A stretch of DNA of 64,000 bases from a virus (lineage: Duplodnaviria; Caudoviricetes), in the IMG/VR virus record IMGVR_UViG_3300035182_002389, positions 128,001-192,000 of that record; one strand, 5' to 3'. How positions within the stretch are numbered: position 1 is the stretch's first letter; every line of letters starts with the position of its first letter. A program made the translations under genes and the position numbers. A model generated the notes under the pieces. It worked only from the letters and a program-made list of their open reading frames with translations, made no database searches and was not told where the DNA came from. Below are positions 1 through 7,884 of the stretch, piece after piece.

Positions 1-37
1 GCCTCATGCGGACCATTTCTACCACGAAGGGGCCTCT

Positions 38-52
38 GACTTCTGGCAAGCC
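38..52. promoter_or_regulatory. Palindromic motif GACTT-CTGGC-AAGCC
   Basis: Matches recurring G[AG]CTT-N5-AAG[CT][CT]; upstream of the membrane protein/capsid operon. Confidence 0.65.
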
Positions 53-60
53 ACCGAGGC

Positions 61-75
61 GGCTTTGCACAAGTA
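61..75. promoter_or_regulatory. Palindromic motif variant GGCTT-TGCAC-AAGTA
   Basis: One mismatch to consensus, 23 bp after the previous copy. Confidence 0.5.
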
Positions 76-205
76 CCGGCTTTTTCTCAGCAGAAAAACG
101 CGATGTCGATTTTGGTTTCGAGCTTGTTGACGAACGAATCGTCGTGCGTCTCAATGGACTCCTGACCGGACACGTTCGTCCGAAACCATCAGGGAGTTCC
201 TCTTC

Positions 206-721
206 ATGGCCTTCGACCTGAGCTTCGGCTCTCTCGGCTCGGCTCGCGACAAGCTGGCGAGCTGGCACGACGAAAACAAGCTCGCCATCAGCCGCGCGAC
301 CGCCACCGCCGAGATCGGCGCTTCCGCCTTCGGCTTCGGCTGGCTCCACGGCCGCTACCCGAAGATGGACGTGTTCGGCGTCGACCTCTCGCTGCTCGCC
401 GGCGTCGGTCTCATCGGGCTCTCCTTCCTCGACAAGAAGGAAGAGGGGGAAGGCGGCGCGTACGGCCACCACCTCGCTTCGCTCGGCCAGGGCGCCCTCG
501 CGGTGTACCTCGCCAAGCTCGGCGCGGATTGGGGCGACAGCATGAACCCCGACTCGCCGCACTACTGCGGGATGTACACGCCGAGCGCCACGGCGCCCGC
601 GCAGTTCCAGCCCAAGGTCCCGCCGCCCGCCGCGGTCAAGGGCTACGACTACGCCCACACGGGCTTCAACGTCTCGACGGCCGACATCGGCCAGATGGCC
701 CAGCGCCGTAACTGGGGCTGA
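206..721 (+). CDS. Multi-pass membrane protein, candidate major virion membrane protein
   Basis: SD GGGAG; Gly-rich hydrophobic segments (IGASAFGFGWL, LSLLAGVGLIGLSFL, LGQGALAVYLAKLG); directly upstream of the capsid candidate. Confidence 0.65.
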   Translation: MAFDLSFGSLGSARDKLASWHDENKLAISRATATAEIGASAFGFGWLHGRYPKMDVFGVDLSLLAGVGLIGLSFLDKKEEGEGGAYGHHLASLGQGALAVYLAKLGADWGDSMNPDSPHYCGMYTPSATAPAQFQPKVPPPAAVKGYDYAHTGFNVSTADIGQMAQRRNWG

Positions 722-821
722 GACCGCTTCGAGGTCGCTCTCGGGCGACCAGTGATCGATGGGACGTCGGTGGTGGTGGGGAAGCTCGCCTCGTCCAAGG
801 CAACGTGACAGGAGAATCCAA

Positions 822-1385
822 ATGAACGGTCTCATCCAGAAGTTCGGCGCGCAGAAGGCTTCGGCGGCGACGGGCGCGCCCGGCGAAGGCTGCAACGTCC
901 CCGCGCAGATGCAGCAGGCGAATGCCGCCGCGATGTACCAGCTCCGCGTCAACGGGCTGACCTCGCCGGGCCTCGCCCCCAACACGACGGGCTGCTGCCC
1001 GCCCCCGGTCGTCCTCGACGCTTCGAGCCGCGACAGCAGCGGCGCGCAGCTCACGGTCGGCGCGAACGACGTGTTCAGCGTCACCGTGCAGCTCCAGGAG
1101 CCCTTCAAGGGCAACGACTTCGTCGTGGCTGCGCAGATCGCGCAGTACTTCGAGATCATGTCGATCAAGGTCGGCCGCGACGAGCAGCTCATCTCGGAAG
1201 CCGCGATCCCCGCCGAGGTCTTCTCGTCGGCCTCGCAGCGCCAGGTCGGCCTCGACATGCTCCCCTGCCCGACGTCGAAGCAAATCTTCGTCCAGGTGCG
1301 CAACGTCGACACGCAGGCCCGCTACTTCAAGGCCGCGTTCTTCGGCTCGTGCTTCGACTGCAACACGCCGCAGATCGGCGGCTGA
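822..1385 (+). CDS. Candidate single vertical jelly-roll major capsid protein
   Basis: GGAG SD before ATG 822; about eight alternating beta segments (FSVTVQL, FKGNDFVV, FEIMSIKVG, IPAEVFS, QIFVQVRN, YFKAAFFG) in the pattern of jelly-roll capsid domains. Confidence 0.6.
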   Translation: MNGLIQKFGAQKASAATGAPGEGCNVPAQMQQANAAAMYQLRVNGLTSPGLAPNTTGCCPPPVVLDASSRDSSGAQLTVGANDVFSVTVQLQEPFKGNDFVVAAQIAQYFEIMSIKVGRDEQLISEAAIPAEVFSSASQRQVGLDMLPCPTSKQIFVQVRNVDTQARYFKAAFFGSCFDCNTPQIGG

Positions 1386-1535
1386 GCAACCGCCTCGTGC
1401 GTGAGTGGGTCGCAAGGCCCGCTCCGCTGAGATGATGCGTAGACCCTGGTTGCGCTCGACGCTCGCGAGAGTTCGAGCGTACCCGGGGCCTTCGTGTATT
1501 TGCTGCGCGCATCGACCTTTTCGCAGGAGACTTCC

Positions 1536-2462
1536 ATGACCGAAGGCTACAATCCTTTCCCCGGCTTCTTCGTCGCCGACACGATCTGCTCGCTCCAGAA
1601 CGCCGACACGAGCGGCCTCGAAGACGGCTGCCTCGCGTACGTTCGCGCGAACCAGTCCTACTACGCGTACGGCGCGTCCTTCGCGCACGCGCCCGCACCG
1701 AACGGCACGACCGTGCTCTCGACCTTCAACGGCCCGGCGGCCGTTCAGGCCGATGGCAGCCCGTGCACCGGCGAGCAGTCGCACGCACACACGGCCGGCG
1801 GCCCCGGCCGCTGGATCCTGACGACCCTCGGATACGGCGGGTTCCAGGCGCCCTTCAAGGCACGCGCCGTGCAGTCCCTCGCCGTCGCCCACCTCAACGC
1901 CGCGAGCACGAGCGCCGATGGCGTAACGCTCCTCGAAGGTGACGTCGTCCTGCTCACCGCCCAGACCCCCGGGACCGATAACGGCCCCTACGTGGTCGGT
2001 CCGGTCGTCGGCCCCGCCGCTCCGCTCACCCGCCCGTTCTGGTGGAGCCCCGACACGGTCATCCCGTCCGGGACCGTCATCGAAGTCGGCGGCGAAGGCA
2101 CGCTCTTCAAGAACAGCTCGTGGAAGGTCACGGGCGCCTCGTTCGTCGTCGAGACGGGCGGCCCCGGCCTGTTCCCGCAGAACCAGCGCTACACGGGCGC
2201 TCTCGGAGCCGGCGATCTGTTCCTCGACGGAAGCGGAGCCTCGGGCCACCACGACATCGGCCTCTACATGACCGCGGACGCCTCCGTCCAGGTCACGCGC
2301 AGGGCGTTCTCGGGCGCTCTGCTGACGGTCGAGTACGAGGTCCTCGTTCAGATGCCGGGTCAGCGCGGCGCCGCGGCGCTCCGCATCCAGGCCCAGCAGG
2401 CGGACGGGTCGCTCAGCAACTACGACGTCAGCACCCTCTCCGTCCTCGTCAACAACTGGTGA
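1536..2462 (+). CDS. EGYNPFPG-family paralog 1; N-terminal module plus fibre/spike-like C-terminal domains
   Basis: MTEGYNPFPG...GCLAYV...STFNGP...GRWIL, then a DGVTLLEGDVVLLTAQT..NGPYVV segment of the type common in phage fibres. Confidence 0.65.
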   Translation: MTEGYNPFPGFFVADTICSLQNADTSGLEDGCLAYVRANQSYYAYGASFAHAPAPNGTTVLSTFNGPAAVQADGSPCTGEQSHAHTAGGPGRWILTTLGYGGFQAPFKARAVQSLAVAHLNAASTSADGVTLLEGDVVLLTAQTPGTDNGPYVVGPVVGPAAPLTRPFWWSPDTVIPSGTVIEVGGEGTLFKNSSWKVTGASFVVETGGPGLFPQNQRYTGALGAGDLFLDGSGASGHHDIGLYMTADASVQVTRRAFSGALLTVEYEVLVQMPGQRGAAALRIQAQQADGSLSNYDVSTLSVLVNNW

Positions 2463-2544
2463 TCGACGGAGGCGATTGCCGAAGGTGATCGCCTACGCGG
2501 CGGAGAACAAGGGTTCGTGTTCGGACCCTCGTTTTCCCCGCTGC

Positions 2545-2559
2545 GACTTGTCGCAAGCC
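2545..2559. promoter_or_regulatory. Palindromic motif GACTT-GTCGC-AAGCC
   Basis: Intergenic; TAGAAT -10-like hexamer at about 2587. Confidence 0.7.
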
Positions 2560-2635
2560 GTGCTTCTTCATTTGCCCCAAGCGGAGTAGAATCTGCTCTA
2601 CTGAGGGCGCAACCCTTTCGACGGAGATCAGCACC

Positions 2636-2983
2636 ATGCCCAACGAAGGCTTCAATCCGTTTCCCGGCTTCGTGCACGCAGACAGCACCTGCGCGCTCCA
2701 GAACGTCAACACCGACGGCCTCGACATCGGCTGCCTCGCGAAGACGCCCCAGATCCAGCAGCGCGCTCCCGGCACGCTGGACGGCTGCACCTACTGGCGC
2801 CTCGACGAGACAGACCCGCCGCTCAGCGTCGACGGCAACGACGTGCTCGCGACCTACAACAGCGGCATGCCGCTCGACGGCGCGGCCCACCCGTGCACCG
2901 TCGTCGAGCCGAGCGCGCACAGCCTCCGCGGCACGCAGCGCTGGATTCGCCTCAACATCTACGACGTCGCGTCCGACCTCTAG
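2636..2983 (+). CDS. EGYNPFPG-family paralog 2 (stand-alone module)
   Basis: MPNEGFNPFPG..TCALQN..DGLDIGCLA..ATYNSG..H..RWIRL. Confidence 0.75.
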   Translation: MPNEGFNPFPGFVHADSTCALQNVNTDGLDIGCLAKTPQIQQRAPGTLDGCTYWRLDETDPPLSVDGNDVLATYNSGMPLDGAAHPCTVVEPSAHSLRGTQRWIRLNIYDVASDL

Positions 2984-3075
2984 TCCACATCCGTCAGCGC
3001 CGACGGACCCGTCGCGTCGGCGCTGGCGGACACGCTCTGCAACATCTTCATCCGGTCTTCCTCTCGGAGCGCGCC

Positions 3076-3441
3076 ATGAACGAAGGTTACAATCCGTTTC
3101 CGGGGCTCGTGTACGCGCCGGACGTTTGCACGCTCCAGAACTTCAACACCGACGGGATGATCAGCGGCTGCCTCGCGTCCACCCCCGATCCCCGAAAGAG
3201 GCTCGGGCCTTTCGGGCCGACCCTCCACAGTTGGTTCTACCGCTTCTGGTACCCGACGACCGAAGATGCGTTCATCATGCCCGAGGTAAACGGGTGGAAC
3301 GTTTTTTCGACGTACAACGGACCGGAAGGCCAGAACGACGGCGACCCGTGCCCGGTGCTGCCGAAAGGCATCAACGCGCACACGGCCTCGGGACCTGCGC
3401 GGTTCATCCGACTCAACATCTGGGACGTCTTCGGCTACTGA
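3076..3441 (+). CDS. EGYNPFPG-family paralog 3
   Basis: MNEGYNPFPG..CTLQN..GCLA..STYNGP..HTASGPARFIRL; GGAG SD. Confidence 0.75.
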   Translation: MNEGYNPFPGLVYAPDVCTLQNFNTDGMISGCLASTPDPRKRLGPFGPTLHSWFYRFWYPTTEDAFIMPEVNGWNVFSTYNGPEGQNDGDPCPVLPKGINAHTASGPARFIRLNIWDVFGY

Positions 3442-3474
3442 TCGTTCAGAGCCTGCGCAGCCGAAGAAAGCACC

Positions 3475-4254
3475 ATGAGCGAAGGATACAACCCGAATCC
3501 CGGCTTCTTGTCCGTCGACACGACGTGCGAGTTGCAGGCAAAAAGCATCGACGGGCTCGATGAGGGCAGCGTCGCGTTTGTGCGCGAAGACGTCTTCGTC
3601 CCTTGGATCGACGCAAGCCCTGACAGCGGCCCCTACCACTACTACCGCCTCGCGTTCTTCACGTTCCCCGAGTTCCCGTTCTTCAAGGTCGGGCCCATCC
3701 CAAGGTCGTTCAGTCCGAAGGCGGCCGGCGCGAAGACGGCCGGCGCGAAGACCGCTCCTGCGGCTCCTTTCGTTCGGTATTCCGACTACCAGCGAGCCAT
3801 GGAGAAGGCAGCCTTCGACGTCTACAGCGCCGCTGTCGACGCCTTCGAGAAGGTCAACCCGGAAGCCGCAACCAAGATCCGTGCAAAGATGACGGCCAGC
3901 GCTGCTCTCGCTGCGACCAAGCCTTCCGCGAAGACTCCGAAGAACCCGCTGACCGCAAAGCGCGCCGCGGCCCAAGCGCCTGTCACCCCGCCCCTCGGCG
4001 CGACGGGTCCGAAGCAGCTTCTCACCAACCCCAAGCAGAGTCTCATCGATCCGCCTGCGGACCCGAGCCTCTGGACCTATGCGCCGTGGCCGGACGGATC
4101 CAGCATCCTCGCAACCTGTGCGAGCGGGCCCGCGCTTCAGCAAGACGGCGAAACCCTCTGCGGAAACGGCGTCGGCGAAGCTTCGCTGCAACGCTACGCC
4201 GGCACGAGTCGCTGGCTTCTGATCAGCGTCCAAGACGCCATCCTGTTCGACTAG
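3475..4254 (+). CDS. EGYNPFPG-family paralog 4 with an internal Ala/Lys/Pro-rich insertion
   Basis: MSEGYNPNPG..TCELQ N-half and ILATCASGP..SRWLLI C-half, separated by more than 100 low-complexity residues. Confidence 0.7.
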   Translation: MSEGYNPNPGFLSVDTTCELQAKSIDGLDEGSVAFVREDVFVPWIDASPDSGPYHYYRLAFFTFPEFPFFKVGPIPRSFSPKAAGAKTAGAKTAPAAPFVRYSDYQRAMEKAAFDVYSAAVDAFEKVNPEAATKIRAKMTASAALAATKPSAKTPKNPLTAKRAAAQAPVTPPLGATGPKQLLTNPKQSLIDPPADPSLWTYAPWPDGSSILATCASGPALQQDGETLCGNGVGEASLQRYAGTSRWLLISVQDAILFD

Positions 4255-4309
4255 GACCGCGTCGTTCGACGACGCTCACGATTCACGTTCAACCATCGGA
4301 GAAGAGAAC

Positions 4310-4705
4310 ATGCCGAACGAAGGCTTCAACCCGTTTCCCGGGTTCATCAACGCTGAGACGACCTGCGACCTCCAGGCGGCCAACACCGACGGTCTGCAAG
4401 AGGGCTGCCTCGCCTTCGTGCGCACGCCGATCATCTTCGAGAACGACCCGAACCTCGGACCGTTCCACTACTACCGCTACACCACCATCGACACCGTGCT
4501 GACCCCCGCGCTGCCCGTCGACGGCGTGCTCGTGCTCGCGGCCTACAACAGTCAGCCGGCTCGCCAGCAGCCCTCGCTGAGCCCCTACGTCCCGGGCAGC
4601 GTCGGCGCTCTCTGCGCCCCCATCCCCGATCAGGTCGACGCGCACCAGCCCGGCCCGGCCCGCTGGATCCTGGTCGACATCAGCGACTTCACCGTCGCGC
4701 CCTGA
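4310..4705 (+). CDS. EGYNPFPG-family paralog 5
   Basis: MPNEGFNPFPG..TCDLQ..GCLAFV..AAYNS..HQPGPARWIL. Confidence 0.75.
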   Translation: MPNEGFNPFPGFINAETTCDLQAANTDGLQEGCLAFVRTPIIFENDPNLGPFHYYRYTTIDTVLTPALPVDGVLVLAAYNSQPARQQPSLSPYVPGSVGALCAPIPDQVDAHQPGPARWILVDISDFTVAP

Positions 4706-4758
4706 TCGCCTTCGGCGACCCGCCCCTTCCACGACTCACCCGTCACGGAGAAGAAGAC

Positions 4759-5109
4759 ATGACCGAAGGCTACAATCCGTTTCCCGGCATCATCGTCGTG
4801 GAAACCACCTGCGAGCTTCAGAACACCGACACGAGCGGTCTCGATGACGGCTGCCTCGCGTACGTGAAGACCAAGGGCGCCGGCCTCGCCGTCGACTTCC
4901 ACTACTTCCGCCTCTACGACTACCGCGTCGGCGCACCGCCCCCGAACGGCACGACGATCCTGTCGACCTACAACGGTCCGCCGTCCGTTCAGCAGGGGAT
5001 CAACTGGAACACCGCCGGCGCCGTCTGCGCGCAGCAGGGCGACGCGCACCACGCGGGCGGCACGGTCCGCTGGATCCTGACCGACATCATCGACAACGCC
5101 AACGCCTGA
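4759..5109 (+). CDS. EGYNPFPG-family paralog 6
   Basis: MTEGYNPFPG..TCELQN..GCLAYV..STYNGP..HHAGGTVRWIL. Confidence 0.75.
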   Translation: MTEGYNPFPGIIVVETTCELQNTDTSGLDDGCLAYVKTKGAGLAVDFHYFRLYDYRVGAPPPNGTTILSTYNGPPSVQQGINWNTAGAVCAQQGDAHHAGGTVRWILTDIIDNANA

Positions 5110-5160
5110 CGTTCGGCAACGCGCTGCCTGCTTGATACCGACGCGCCTTCGGAGAAGAAC

Positions 5161-5514
5161 ATGAGCGAAGGGTACAATCCGTTTCCCGGTATCATCCAGG
5201 CAGCGAGCCGTTGCGAGCTTCAGAACACGGTCACCGACGGACTCGACGAAGGATGCCTCGCGCGCATCACGCCTGACGACGACGATCGGAACGGCTGGTT
5301 CTACTACCGCTACTACGCCCTTCGGGACGGAGAGGCTTCTCCGCAAATCGACGGGTATTTCGTGCTGTCGACGTACAACGGGCCCGAAGCCAAGTTCCGA
5401 GAGAACGGCGATTTCGCCTGGCGCACCGTTTCGTGCCCCGACCAAGGCCCCGCACACAGCGACCTCGGGCCGGGCCGCTGGATCCTGACGAACATTCAGG
5501 ATTTGGACTGGTGA
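5161..5514 (+). CDS. EGYNPFPG-family paralog 7
   Basis: MSEGYNPFPG..RCELQN..GCLA..STYNGP..HSDLGPGRWIL. Confidence 0.75.
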   Translation: MSEGYNPFPGIIQAASRCELQNTVTDGLDEGCLARITPDDDDRNGWFYYRYYALRDGEASPQIDGYFVLSTYNGPEAKFRENGDFAWRTVSCPDQGPAHSDLGPGRWILTNIQDLDW

Positions 5515-5733
5515 ACGCGGGCGGTCTCGGGCCGCCCGTCCACTGACGAGGGATTCTTCAAGGGGCGTCCGAGGGGTGTTTCTCCCGTCCACCCCCATCA
5601 CCCGAGACGCTCCGCGTTCGGGCAAATCGGCGGGCCTTCCGGTCCCCCGCTCTCTTGCCCGCGCGCGAAACCTCGGCCGTCCCTTGAAGGACCCCTCGCC
5701 GATCTTCCACCGCATCCGCAGGACCCCCACTCG

Positions 5734-6144
5734 ATGTTCTTCCCGCGCGTGATCCTGACGCTCTTCAACGGCGAGTACGATCGGGACCTCGGCGAGCGCG
5801 CCGTCTTGCACCTGCTCGACGCGCTCGTCGCCATCGACGAGGACTACCTCCGTCGCCACCCCGAGATCCCGAAGCTATACGCCTCGGGCGTGCGCTACGA
5901 ACGGCAGAAAGGCGACCAGGAAGACTGGCACGACATCCCGACCACCATCTCCATCGGCAAGAGCGACTGCAAGGTCCTCGCCGCGTGGAGGTGCGCCGAG
6001 CTGCGTCTGCAAGGCATCGCCGCCGTGCCGACGCTCTTGCGTCAGCCGACCAAGACCGGCCTGTACCTCTACCACATCCAGGTCCGCTACCCGAACGGGT
6101 ACATCGAAGACCCGAGCGTCATCCTCGGCATGGCGCCTCCCTGA
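5734..6144 (+). CDS. Transglutaminase-like cysteine protease (candidate maturation protease)
   Basis: Cys-His-Asp order: SDCKVLAAWRCAEL ... YHIQV ... IEDPS. Confidence 0.65.
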   Translation: MFFPRVILTLFNGEYDRDLGERAVLHLLDALVAIDEDYLRRHPEIPKLYASGVRYERQKGDQEDWHDIPTTISIGKSDCKVLAAWRCAELRLQGIAAVPTLLRQPTKTGLYLYHIQVRYPNGYIEDPSVILGMAPP

Positions 6145-6161
6145 ACTCCCACACCGGCGCC

Positions 6162-6176
6162 GACTTACGGTAAGCT
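6162..6176. promoter_or_regulatory. Palindromic motif GACTT-ACGGT-AAGCT
   Basis: Intergenic, about 10 bp before ATG 6187. Confidence 0.75.
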
Positions 6177-6186
6177 GAGGACCGCC

Positions 6187-7848
6187 ATGAATCCCCTCCT
6201 GCTCCTGCTCGTCGCCGGTGGTGCTGCCGCGGTCTACGCCTTCACGAAGAAGAAGGCCACGCCCACGAGTCTGCCCGTCGACACGACGCCCATCGATCTC
6301 ACGTTGGGCAAGCAGGGTACGGCTCTCACGATCGATTCCCACCGGCCACCTCCGCCTCCGCCTCCGCCTCCGCCTCCGCCTCCGCCTCCGCCTCCGCCTC
6401 CGCCTCCGCCTCCGCCTCCGCCGGCCATCCTCGCGCCGCAGGCGCTCGACGACGCGCAGAAGCAGAGCCTCTTCAAGCGTCTGCCGGACATGGTCATGGT
6501 CACCGACCCTGCGAGCGGACCGCTGGCGCACAGGGTCAGCCTGCGCGACAACGCCAACAAGAGCCGAATGGGTGGCGAGCTGTTTCCGGCCGTCTTCAGT
6601 GACACGCTCGCGACCATCGTCACGCGCACGGACGATCCCGGCGGCATGGAGGTCGAGTTCGTCGATATGCCGACCGCGGCCGTGCTTGTCGCGCCCGGCA
6701 GCCGATGGTTCCTCTTCCTCAAGCCGGGCGAGGCCAAGACGCTGACCGCGCTGCCGGGCATGCCTTCGCTCGCGAAGCCTCCGACCCCGGAAGAGATCGC
6801 AGCCGCCAAAGCAGCGGCCGACAAGGAGGCCTCGGACAAGGCCGCGGCCGACAAGATCCTTGCGGACAAGGCTGCCGAGGACGCCGCTCAAGCCGCTCTG
6901 CTCGCTGCCGAGGCCGACAAGATGGCCGCCGAGAAGGCCGCCGCCGACGCCGCTGCTGCCGCCAAGGACGCCGCTGGCAAAGCAGCCGCTGCCGAGGCCG
7001 CCAAGCGCGCGTCCATGAGCTACGCGGACGCGACGCAGGACCTTCACATCAGCTCCTTCATCGTCGATGGGCTGCCCGCCGTGCCGTGGAGCGATTGGAC
7101 GAAACAGATCGCCGATCAGCTCCAGGCCGCCGGCTACACGACGGCCGCCAACGTGCTGTACGCAAAGTCTCCCGAGGCGGCTCAGAAAATCGCAGACGAG
7201 ATTGCCGCGAAAGCTGCCATGGGCGTCGGCGAAGCGGGCGACGCGCTCGGCTACCCCATCACCATCATCTTCGATCTGCTCTCCGGCAAGGACCCGGCGC
7301 AAGCCCTCGAAATCTCCAACAAGATGCGGGATGCAGGCTACACGGCCGCGGCCGACACGCTGTACGCGACGACGCCCGAATACGCCACGGCGCAGCGCGC
7401 CAAGATGTACATCATCGACGTGGGCGCCAACGAATATGCGGTCTTCCGAGGCACGAACATCGGCGCCATGCTCGCTCTCGCCGATCAGCTCGCGACCAAG
7501 GGATACGTCGAAGCTTCGGAGCAGCTTTTCGCACGGGCCGACAGTCTCGGATGGTTCCCGAAGAGCAACGACCATCCCCTGCGCATGACGGTCGACGACA
7601 TGACGGGCCGGAGCGCGCCGGCAGGACTCTTCGACGGGTCCTACGCGAGCAAGCAGCTCTCGATTGCAGGCGTCAACCTGCTCAGCCTCATCGACATCGT
7701 TGGCGCCCTGCGCAACCATCAGGACGCGGCCATCTCTTCCGGGAACAAGTACGCCGGGATGTTCGAGAACGCTGGGTATCACGTCGCGGCAAGGCAGCTT
7801 CTCGACCTGACCGCATCGCTCGTGCATCTGTTCGCTGCCGGCGCGTAG
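6187..7848 (+). CDS. N-terminally anchored virion membrane protein with poly-Pro, PGSRWFLFL module, AK-rich stalk and four GY.AA helical repeats
   Basis: MNPLLLLLVAGGAAAVYAFTKKK anchor; paralogous segments shared with 7885 and 9245. Confidence 0.75.
   Translation: MNPLLLLLVAGGAAAVYAFTKKKATPTSLPVDTTPIDLTLGKQGTALTIDSHRPPPPPPPPPPPPPPPPPPPPPPPPPPAILAPQALDDAQKQSLFKRLPDMVMVTDPASGPLAHRVSLRDNANKSRMGGELFPAVFSDTLATIVTRTDDPGGMEVEFVDMPTAAVLVAPGSRWFLFLKPGEAKTLTALPGMPSLAKPPTPEEIAAAKAAADKEASDKAAADKILADKAAEDAAQAALLAAEADKMAAEKAAADAAAAAKDAAGKAAAAEAAKRASMSYADATQDLHISSFIVDGLPAVPWSDWTKQIADQLQAAGYTTAANVLYAKSPEAAQKIADEIAAKAAMGVGEAGDALGYPITIIFDLLSGKDPAQALEISNKMRDAGYTAAADTLYATTPEYATAQRAKMYIIDVGANEYAVFRGTNIGAMLALADQLATKGYVEASEQLFARADSLGWFPKSNDHPLRMTVDDMTGRSAPAGLFDGSYASKQLSIAGVNLLSLIDIVGALRNHQDAAISSGNKYAGMFENAGYHVAARQLLDLTASLVHLFAAGA
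6349..6420 (+). repeat. (CCTCCG)12 microsatellite encoding part of a ~26-residue poly-proline tract
   Basis: Read directly from the sequence. Confidence 0.95.
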
Positions 7849-7884
7849 CCATCTGCGCCAGCCTTACGGTACACTGGAGACACC

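Noticed and set aside
6-221. 71-aa ORF at the window start
   Set aside because: It spans two palindromes and an AT-rich inverted repeat (81-98) and overlaps the SD of gene 206, so it is more likely a promoter region.
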